Shown piece by piece: positions 28,530 through 36,376 of a stretch of 64,000 bases of DNA; the first letter of the stretch is position 1; every line of letters begins with the position of its first letter. Under the pieces are notes generated by a model. That model made no database searches, had not been told where the DNA came from, and worked only from the letters and a program-made list of their open reading frames with translations. The DNA is from a virus. The stretch lies in the IMG/VR virus record IMGVR_UViG_3300050821_003452, positions 1 through 64,000 of that record. One strand, written 5' to 3'. The position numbers were made by a program, and so were the translations under genes.

Positions 28530-28593
28530 TCGCCGTTTATGCTTGGCAAATAACGACTGGGAGGCGAAAAACCTGAAAACATATTTCATGGTT

Positions 28594-28815
28594 TTATGCC
28601 CAATGGTCGATATTAGTGACCCACATATTGCGCGGCGAAGTCTCGCCCTTGCGGCGATATAACTTGACGTTATATGGCCGGCCGTCATCGTGGAAAAATT
28701 CGAAGATATCGAATGTATTCACCGATTTCGGGATAGGACCATGCAACGGGACAAGCGGCATGCTCCAATCGGTATTTGCGGGGCGATCCTGATCATATTC
28801 GCTTTGCTCTGACAT
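28594..28815 (-). CDS. Hypothetical early protein
   Basis: AGAGGGAA RBS. Confidence 0.6.
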   Translation of the reverse strand: MSEQSEYDQDRPANTDWSMPLVPLHGPIPKSVNTFDIFEFFHDDGRPYNVKLYRRKGETSPRNMWVTNIDHWA

Positions 28816-28887
28816 GAATATTTCCCTCTATTTAGAGCGTCCTAAATGGACTAACCCGCTAGGTGTTCTAATACCTAGCGGAATAAA

Positions 28888-29163
28888 TTAAGCAGCAACC
28901 ATTTCGCGATAATTCGCGGCGGTTTTGAACGCTTGTGCCGTGGCGCGCATGTAATTTTTGTACACACTCGGCATAACTAGTTCCGCAATCTGCCAGTGAT
29001 AGTCGGCATAATGCGCAACGCGTTCTTGGTAGGCTTCCCAAGCTGGAATGCGGATGCTTTCATAAACATCCTGTTGAGCGGGCGAAAGCAAATCGGCGGC
29101 CAACTCGCCCCAATTTACTTCTGCCAAGTCATCCAGCGCCAAGGCTTCAGAAAGTGTAAGCAT
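28888..29163 (-). CDS. Hypothetical early protein (first gene of leftward operon)
   Basis: AGAGGGAA RBS. Confidence 0.65.
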   Translation of the reverse strand: MLTLSEALALDDLAEVNWGELAADLLSPAQQDVYESIRIPAWEAYQERVAHYADYHWQIAELVMPSVYKNYMRATAQAFKTAANYREMVAA

Positions 29164-29921
29164 GGAATGTTCCCTCTATTGATTGACCGTAAATGGTCTA
29201 ACAGCCGTCGAGGGATAGCCTTTCAACCCTAGAAAGCCTTGTGGGCGATCAGGCGGAATAGGCTATCCCCCTAGGCCAAACGTAAGAAAACCTCCCAGCG
29301 GGCTTTGTAAGCCGTTTGAGGGGCATTCTAGAAAGGGAAAGGGTGCAGTCTTTAAGACTGCTATCATGCTAAGATGCAATGCTTTGATTTTTATCCCCTA
29401 ATCAACACTCTCGACCGTTCACGGCTTGCTAGGGTTTATTCGTGGAATTACCAAATGCGCGCGATGGCGTTCTTTTGGATTTGCCCGATACCTACTGATT
29501 AGAGGGGATAGCGCGGTTTTTCCCTTAGGTTACCCTCTGATTGCGTCCCCGCGCTGTTTCCGGACCTTGATCCGGGCTTTGGGTTGGCTGGCACTGTAAG
29601 GTGCCTCATACTCTCGCCTAAGCTAACTGTCACCGTTGGCTTGCCGTCTTATGATCCTAGAGCGCTCCGTAGTCGGGAAGCACGTTAACGGTTTCTAGCT
29701 TGGCAATGGAACCGGGCAATTTATGAAGTCTTGCCAAGACTTGGCTAGGGCTTGATCGGCCTAGCGAGTGAAGTGGGTTGGTATGTGATCTCCTAGTGAA
29801 TTAAACTAAGGCAAGACATACTCTCTTGCCAGCCATTGAGAAGTCATGGAAATGCATGGCTGCTATGCAAAAACGCATAACCTGCTATAATCGACGCGTC
29901 GAATATGGAGTGGGCAGGGAC

Positions 29922-30173
29922 ATGAATATCACGGTTGATATTGGGCAAATCCTTATGGGAATTGCACAATTGGTTACGGTTGGATTATTGGTTCGCAACA
30001 TGAAAGCCGGCAGAAGGCGCGACAAGGCAATCGAGGAAATACATCTTGCTACTAACAGCATGAAAGACGCGCTGGTGTCGGCCACAGAAAAGGAAAGCTT
30101 CGCGCGTGGCGTCAGGTCTGGCGAGTTGTCATCGATGAATATCAACCATCGGAAGGCTGATGATAAAGGGTAA
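29922..30173 (+). CDS. Small membrane protein
   Basis: MNITVDIGQILMG TM followed by IEEIHLATNSMKDALV coiled region. Confidence 0.5.
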   Translation: MNITVDIGQILMGIAQLVTVGLLVRNMKAGRRRDKAIEEIHLATNSMKDALVSATEKESFARGVRSGELSSMNINHRKADDKG

Positions 30174-31034
30174 TATAATTGCGTGATGGCATCCCGCGCT
30201 AAGATGCTTCGCAATGCACAATGACAAGTATGTTTACACTGTCAAGATTACTCTATTACCGTAGGTATCGCAACTGCGAACCTGATATACTCAATTCCGG
30301 ATATGGCTCTGGGATCGAATAGGATGACCAGCGATAAGCGATAATATCCCCGCTAGGTAACCAACCCGAAACCGCAGCCATATTGCTAGGCCTTCTAATT
30401 GAATAATATTAGGGCCATTCCGGTCATGATCATGCACCCAACGCATAACTCTGTATACTAGAGCTATGCATATAACGCGGGACAAGATAAACCAAAGACT
30501 TAACCAAACCTATGCAATATCCGCATAGCTTAGAACCAATGAACGATTATGCACCTGCAACATTCATGTGACGAATACCAATAGCTGATATACGAATGAT
30601 AAATGAAGGCAATCGTTAGGGAAAACTGTCTTGCCGCTCTCGCCTACTGTGAAACCCATGTTGGTGTATCAGCTATTTGATGTTGCGACTACCGCAACGT
30701 GGCTACCCCTCTACTGGGCCACCGCAAACGATAATCATTTGCATCTGATGATTGTGGTGTATCGTCAGCAAACATCATGCCAGACACCTACGCATTACAT
30801 GCATTGCACCTATGCGCCTATAGCATGGCTCATGGTGCGTTGCGGCAGGAAAAGGGACCCGGACCCGGTAGGACCCCCGTAATAGAGCGGGCCACCTGTT
30901 GGCCGTCTTTTCTGTCCCATCTTTTCTGTAATAAAATCCTAGAGAGACCCACTTTGGGATTGTTGATTTCGGCTTCGCTGTTTGTGATCTCCTGATATCC
31001 CAATTTGGGCATAATTTAGTGGTAGAGACCCAAG

Positions 31035-31328
31035 ATGTCCAGTAAAGCGCAGAAATATGATTTTCGGGTTGGGGACTTGGTGGTCTGTGCTGACATTTCG
31101 GGCGACACCAGACAACTGACGCTTGGCGTGACTTATAAAGTAGAGAAAATACTCAGGAGCCATATTCAGATTATTGGCGACCGTGGATATCCTATTAACA
31201 GATTTGCTAGGCAATTTAAGCCGGCGCCGGTTCCCGAAGTTATTACCTCCGAAGTTATTACCTCCGATGACCAAGAATACCATGAAATCCTGAAGGCTCA
31301 AGAGATTTATGAGGATGCGACCAAATGA
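31035..31328 (+). CDS. SH3-like small protein with C-terminal tag
   Basis: FRVGDLVVC..LTLGVTYKV; DQEYHEILKAQEIYED end. Confidence 0.75.
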   Translation: MSSKAQKYDFRVGDLVVCADISGDTRQLTLGVTYKVEKILRSHIQIIGDRGYPINRFARQFKPAPVPEVITSEVITSDDQEYHEILKAQEIYEDATK

Positions 31329-31588
31329 AAACAGGAAATACCGTCTGGTGCATCAATGGCGGGCCGACGCCGGTTGGCGAAAGCTCGTATCTGACTGTCG
31401 GTAAAGAATACGAAGTCGAGCTGATTACCGCCAATCATGTCCATGTTACTGGAGATCATGGATGGGTTGTGGTGCGCCGAAGGGACAGGTTCGCGTTGAT
31501 GGCCCCCACGTCTCCGATGGAGAGTATGGCAGAAGAATACCATGACGCCCTCCAAGGCCAAGAAATATACGAGAGCCTGATCGAATGA
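31325..31588 (+). CDS. SH3-like small protein with C-terminal tag
   Basis: MKTGNTVWCI..YLTVGKEYEV; AEEYHDALQGQEIYES end. Confidence 0.75.
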   Translation: MKTGNTVWCINGGPTPVGESSYLTVGKEYEVELITANHVHVTGDHGWVVVRRRDRFALMAPTSPMESMAEEYHDALQGQEIYESLIE

Positions 31589-32061
31589 AATTCATGGTTG
31601 GCGATAAAGTCAGGGTGATCATTCCCCAATGGCACGGGAACCGTGAGGGTGAAGTCAATCATGCTTGCTCAATCCATGCTATCTACATAATTGGGTGTCG
31701 CGCCGTGGTAAATTTTCTTGGTCTGTTCAAAACCAAGCCTTCCATTGCCAAGCCGCTTCAGGTGCCGGGAATATCCCCGCCGCCTCAATTTTCCATAGGC
31801 GATATAGTTATGCTCAGGGATATAAACCCCTACAAGGGCTCGCTATCCAGCAAGAACACATATTCAGTTCTCAGGTTTATACCTCCGGACCATCTTTGCG
31901 TTCAATCCGATACCGGAGATAATTCTTGGTATTCCGCCAGATATTTCACCTTGGTACGGCAATCGCCCCTTACGGCAGCCGACGAATACGAAGAGATCAT
32001 GAAAATTCAGGACAGCCTTGATTTAGCCGAATTTCAAGGTCATAAAGACCACAGAGACTAG
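31585..32061 (+). CDS. SH3-like protein with C-terminal tag
   Basis: FMVGDKV and FSIGDIV modules; AADEYEEIMKIQDSL. Confidence 0.65.
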   Translation: MKFMVGDKVRVIIPQWHGNREGEVNHACSIHAIYIIGCRAVVNFLGLFKTKPSIAKPLQVPGISPPPQFSIGDIVMLRDINPYKGSLSSKNTYSVLRFIPPDHLCVQSDTGDNSWYSARYFTLVRQSPLTAADEYEEIMKIQDSLDLAEFQGHKDHRD

Positions 32062-32267
32062 CATAACATGGGTCCGTCCTCCGAAGCGGATACCCTGCTG
32101 TAGTTGGGAAACTGGTAGAGCCCATAGTCTTCAGGTCTTGCGGCGGCCTTGTAAGCTGAGCGGCATAAACCTTGGCGGATGAAAGCCAAAACACGGCAAG
32201 TCACACCAAGACCAGCAAGCTGGTCTAAGATCAGAAGTAATTCTTCTTGGGGCTGCCGTAAATTCTA

Positions 32268-32549
32268 ATGTCTGAACCCAAACCAGAGAACGCAAAGAAC
32301 CCGGCGAGCTTCGCTCCCGGGGACTTTGTGCATTTCGAAGACTATCGGAACAAAGAAGATGTTTACGGCTATGTTACTCACGTTCAAGGCTCAGATGTAT
32401 GGGTAGATGTAGATGCCGAGAATAAATGGATCGTCAGTGCATCAAGTCTGACATTTGTAATGCCCGCCAAAACACCGATGACGGACGCCGCAGAGGAATA
32501 CGAAGAAACAATTCTGGCACAAGACATGATGGAAATCCTCCATGGATGA
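32268..32549 (+). CDS. SH3-like small protein with C-terminal tag
   Basis: FAPGDFVHF; AAEEYEETILAQDMMEIL end. Confidence 0.7.
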   Translation: MSEPKPENAKNPASFAPGDFVHFEDYRNKEDVYGYVTHVQGSDVWVDVDAENKWIVSASSLTFVMPAKTPMTDAAEEYEETILAQDMMEILHG

Positions 32550-32838
32550 AGACGATAAAATCCGCCATGCCAAATCAGTTAGGCGTATTTATAATGAAGA
32601 CCAGCAACAAAAAGATGAATTTGGGGCTTTGCTAAAGATCGTGGATGATAGATTTGGAGAGGAGTGGCGCTCCAAGATCATCGATCTTGTCTGGCTGGAT
32701 GCAACAGACGAGATGTCTTATCGCGATCTTTATAATCTTGCCATCCATAAAGCCAAGCTAAAGCTGAATATAATTGTGCTTGATGCCACCGAGTATGAAG
32801 AAACCATGCGCTTCTCGGATATTATGGAGACGCTATGA
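32542..32838 (+). CDS. Hypothetical protein with C-terminal tag
   Basis: DATEYEETMRFSDIMETL end. Confidence 0.65.
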   Translation: MDEDDKIRHAKSVRRIYNEDQQQKDEFGALLKIVDDRFGEEWRSKIIDLVWLDATDEMSYRDLYNLAIHKAKLKLNIIVLDATEYEETMRFSDIMETL

Positions 32839-33383
32839 TGATTTGGTATTTTTTATACTTTATCTGGGCATTTACTGGCGTATCCATAATAGGTGCGCTT
32901 GTGGTCATTCGTTATAATATCTGCATGACAAGAATGATGAATGTAAAAAGCGACTTGTGGAGCGGGTATGATTGTAATTTTTGTGCACTGGGCGAAAACT
33001 GTCATCATCTCAAGACAGAACTAAGACATATCGAATGGGATCAAGTCCACAAGTGTATGTTCTGGGGCAGGAACTATCGTCGGCATCTTGAGCCACTGAC
33101 CCAGTGTGCATTGAAAGGTATTTATCCAGAAGAAAATGATTGTCCTATATTCTGGAATTCCTACAAGAATATTTACCCTCTTCTGCAAGAAAAGCAGCGA
33201 CGGCAGGTTCTTGCCAATCTTACAGGCTGGAACCAACCACAGGTGATGTTTACGCATGAACTTGAATGTCTTGGTTTCAATGTCTGGGTTTTTGATAGTA
33301 AAAATAACTCTACTAATGCCGGCGCAGAAGAATATCTTGAGGCCATCAAGGCGCAGGAAATTGCAGAGCAAATGGGACTATGA
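32835..33383 (+). CDS. Membrane-anchored protein with C-terminal tag
   Basis: N-terminal TM; GAEEYLEAIKAQEIAEQM end. Confidence 0.65.
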   Translation: MMIWYFLYFIWAFTGVSIIGALVVIRYNICMTRMMNVKSDLWSGYDCNFCALGENCHHLKTELRHIEWDQVHKCMFWGRNYRRHLEPLTQCALKGIYPEENDCPIFWNSYKNIYPLLQEKQRRQVLANLTGWNQPQVMFTHELECLGFNVWVFDSKNNSTNAGAEEYLEAIKAQEIAEQMGL

Positions 33384-33886
33384 AACGCATCCTGATATGC
33401 GGCAGCAGGGAATTTTCCAATTGGGATATATTCTGGAATGCTCTACATGAGATCGCTTGGTGTTATTTTGCTAGAGGGCCGCTGGATAATCAGGGTAATT
33501 TTACCTATGCGGTGACTGTCATCTGCGGCGGCGCAAAGGGTGCTGATACGCTTGCGATGGAATGGGCGGCAATCGAGAACGTCAATCTGGAAATCTATCT
33601 GGCTGAGTGGGACAAATTCGGCAAGTCTGCCGGCTATCGCCGCAACAAGAGAATGCTGGATGAAGGCAAGCCTGATATTGTAATTGCTTTCCCCGGTGGC
33701 ATCGGGACAAAGATGATGGTGGATATCGCCAGACTGGCCAACGTGAAGATAATTAAGGTAAATGTCACTCCTGCCGGATCGCACTATGTAATAAGCGAGG
33801 ACACCGCAGGCAGCCTAGACCCCGGTGCCGAAGAGTACGAGCAAATTATGGAAGCGATAGATTTAGTGGACAAAATGTCTCCATAA
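33380..33886 (+). CDS. SLOG/YspA-like (DUF2493-type) protein with appended C-terminal tag
   Basis: RILICGSR, ICGGAKGAD..A.EWA, W...GKSAG.RRN.RML, VIAFPGG.GT..M; then GAEEYEQIMEAIDLV. Confidence 0.85.
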   Translation: MKRILICGSREFSNWDIFWNALHEIAWCYFARGPLDNQGNFTYAVTVICGGAKGADTLAMEWAAIENVNLEIYLAEWDKFGKSAGYRRNKRMLDEGKPDIVIAFPGGIGTKMMVDIARLANVKIIKVNVTPAGSHYVISEDTAGSLDPGAEEYEQIMEAIDLVDKMSP

Positions 33887-34139
33887 TGCCGCATTTCGAT
33901 GCTATCTACCGCGAGATGGTCGAACCGATGACTTGCGGTGTTTGCACCAAATGCTTCAGGTATTTATCGGGTAGACGCAAAGGACAGTGCATCCATGGCG
34001 GGCCGTATTTAGGTTATGTTCATGTCGAACCAAGCGAGAATGCAGAACCGGAAGTACCGCAGGAAAATAGCGGCAATAGAGAGAAAATACCGGAAGCGTA
34101 CTCAACAGGAAATCTATGAAGATGTATTGAGGTATCAAT

Positions 34140-34391
34140 ATGCCCAAGCGCGGCAAGCATTTGAAGCCAGAAAAGCCTCTTTACCTGAAGGGGCACGCAA
34201 GGCAGATATGGAGGGTGGTTGATGGTGCGGTTCTTGACGCCTTCAAAAACCACCCCGATTATCTGACCCACAAAGGTTCTCGGAACCAGACCGCAAGGCG
34301 CAGTGTCGTCAAGCGGGTTACTGGCTCCGTTCTGAGCTACTTGGTGCAAGCCAAGTGGGGGCGCTCCGGTGCATCGTGCCGGCGCCTGTAA
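34140..34391 (+). CDS. Hypothetical basic protein
   Basis: IWRVVDGAVLDAF..HPDYLT motif. Confidence 0.55.
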   Translation: MPKRGKHLKPEKPLYLKGHARQIWRVVDGAVLDAFKNHPDYLTHKGSRNQTARRSVVKRVTGSVLSYLVQAKWGRSGASCRRL

Positions 34392-34509
34392 ATGGCAGGA
34401 AGAGTTAGCGCGAAGATGGCTCTTTTTGCCGACTGAAGAGGTTCTAACCTTTTCAGGGCGGGGAGGGAAGTTACGCTCCCTCCCCGCTAACGTCTTGAGA
34501 GAGGGAAAT

Positions 34510-34770
34510 ATGTTTCTCACGAAAGAGCAAGCCAAAGAGACATGGTGTCCGTATGCGCATGTCGTATCGCTGCCAGCGCCAGTTATATCCGGATATAATA
34601 GAGCTTGGATAAGAGGCGGCAAAGCTGAAAATAATCATCCAGCTTGTACGGGATGCCTTGCCGATAAGTGCGCCTGTTGGCGCTGGGAAGCCTCTCTAAC
34701 TGATATAGACCTGACGACTAGCTCCGTTGAGAAGCGCGGTTATTGCGGTCTGGCCGGCAGACCATGCTAG
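34510..34770 (+). CDS. Cys-rich small protein, paralog 1
   Basis: T.EQA..TWCP...CLA.KC.CWRW...RGYCGLAGRP. Confidence 0.7.
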   Translation: MFLTKEQAKETWCPYAHVVSLPAPVISGYNRAWIRGGKAENNHPACTGCLADKCACWRWEASLTDIDLTTSSVEKRGYCGLAGRPC

Positions 34771-35045
34771 TCACTGAACAGGAAGCCCAGAAGCGTTGGT
34801 GCCCTATGGGTCGCCAGCCGACCATGGTGCCTACAGGCGCCAACGCAAATATGTGGACGCATGTAGCCGCCAATCGTCAACCCAATGGCGACGTGCCATC
34901 CTGTCTGGGCTCTCTATGCATGGCTTGGCGATGGCATGACGAAAAAACCTATCGTGAAATTGATGTAACCACTAACGAAGTTCTGGACGAACAGCCAAGG
35001 CGAGGGTTTTGCGGGTTATTTGGGAAGCCTGAGTATGCAGAGTAA
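34764..35045 (+). CDS. Cys-rich small protein, paralog 2
   Basis: TEQEA..RWCP...CLGSLCMAWRW...RGFCGLFGKP. Confidence 0.7.
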   Translation: MLVTEQEAQKRWCPMGRQPTMVPTGANANMWTHVAANRQPNGDVPSCLGSLCMAWRWHDEKTYREIDVTTNEVLDEQPRRGFCGLFGKPEYAE

Positions 35046-35529
35046 TTCGCGCTGCACAAAATGCGGCAAGACCAAAACGGCCAATGAATTTGGCGTAAGG
35101 TATCGTATTTTGGTATCTGGTAAAAAATCTGGTCCATTTTTGGAAAGCTGGTGCTTGCCGTGCAAGCGCATCTATAATGGAAGAAGCGGCCCACGAAGAA
35201 GCGTCCGCAAACAAAAATTAATAGCCATGCATGGCGGCAAGTGTGTCAAGTGCCATGGCATTTTTCACCATGCGGCCTATGATTTTCACCATAGGGACCC
35301 CTCTCAAAAACACTTCCATCTTACCGCTCTTTACGATAAGAAGTGGGATCGGTTGGTTGCGGAAGCCGCCAAATGTGATCTAATATGCTCTAACTGCCAT
35401 CGCGTAATGCATTACGAAGAGGGTATTATTGTTTTTCCAAGCAAGGCCACAACGATGCTGGCCTCACGCAGGAAGGCTCGTCTGAACTATCAACAAGATC
35501 AGGCAAATTACCGCAATAATAGGGAATAA
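35035..35529 (+). CDS. HNH endonuclease
   Basis: GGKCVKC....YDFHHRDP.QK...EAAKCDLICSNCHR..H. Confidence 0.85.
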   Translation: MQSNSRCTKCGKTKTANEFGVRYRILVSGKKSGPFLESWCLPCKRIYNGRSGPRRSVRKQKLIAMHGGKCVKCHGIFHHAAYDFHHRDPSQKHFHLTALYDKKWDRLVAEAAKCDLICSNCHRVMHYEEGIIVFPSKATTMLASRRKARLNYQQDQANYRNNRE

Positions 35530-35534
35530 CAGCC

Positions 35535-35975
35535 ATGGGCGTTCTAGAAGAGCTTCACGACGAACACAAAGCCCGCCAAGAACGCATCGCCAAGGCGGCA
35601 TTCAAGACAGTCGCCCTCCCACCTAAACCACTAACCATCACAAGCGAAGACCTGCCATTTGCCAGTTTTGATATTATTCTCAATGAGATATGTGCATATT
35701 TCGGAACTAGGGTAGAAGATATCCTTTCCTCCCGCCGCCAAGCCGATCTTGCCAAAAAACGCGCCATGCTGGCCTACATGACTTATCTGCTGACGCCTTT
35801 ATCTAACCCTCAAATTGCCATAAAAATGAACCGAGACCCCACCAGCATAGGTTACGCTATCAACAGGGTCAGAAATAACCTTAGCATGCACACCGAGACC
35901 ATCGATATACTGGAAGCCAAGATCGTCCCGCTGCTGGAAGAAAAAACCCAGCGGGTCAAGAAAAGAGATAGATAG
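35535..35975 (+). CDS. DnaA domain-IV-like HTH protein
   Basis: I..EIC.YFG....DILS.RR...LA..R.M..Y....LT.LS.PQI...MNRDPTSI.YA. Confidence 0.8.
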   Translation: MGVLEELHDEHKARQERIAKAAFKTVALPPKPLTITSEDLPFASFDIILNEICAYFGTRVEDILSSRRQADLAKKRAMLAYMTYLLTPLSNPQIAIKMNRDPTSIGYAINRVRNNLSMHTETIDILEAKIVPLLEEKTQRVKKRDR

Positions 35976-36376
35976 TGAGTACCTTCATTGCATACTTGTT
36001 GCTTGGTGTGGCTGCCGGCATCATCGCGAGTGTGATCTGGAAGCTTCTCAGCCATGAGCGCAAATTCAATAACTATGTGGCAGAGCTTCGCGGCATGACC
36101 GAGGCCATGAAGCAATCCAATCGCGAAGTCAGTGAGCTTCACTTCAGGGACATTACTGGAAGGCCGCGCATTGTGCGGATCGTGGTGGATTATGGCCTGA
36201 CCGATGAAGTGCTTTCTGACGGCTTGATAGATTTTGTCCGCTCTACCAAAGTGGCCAACAACACCGACGAGATGATATTCTCTCCCCGCGCAGTCCGAGA
36301 ACTTCGCGCCAAAGGCCTTGAGCCTGATGATGTTGTCAGGCAAATGCTGATTGCATCAGGGATTATGCCGCGATGA
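35975..36376 (+). CDS. Membrane-anchored hypothetical protein
   Basis: N-terminal TM. Confidence 0.6.
   Translation: MSTFIAYLLLGVAAGIIASVIWKLLSHERKFNNYVAELRGMTEAMKQSNREVSELHFRDITGRPRIVRIVVDYGLTDEVLSDGLIDFVRSTKVANNTDEMIFSPRAVRELRAKGLEPDDVVRQMLIASGIMPR

Noticed and set aside
21652-29272. Intergenic repeats as a CRISPR array or integron attC cassette array
   Set aside because: Primary sequence is not conserved, spacing follows whole genes, no cas or integrase gene is present and RYYYAAC/GTTRRRY boxes are absent; G-U wobbles and tetraloops point to RNA function
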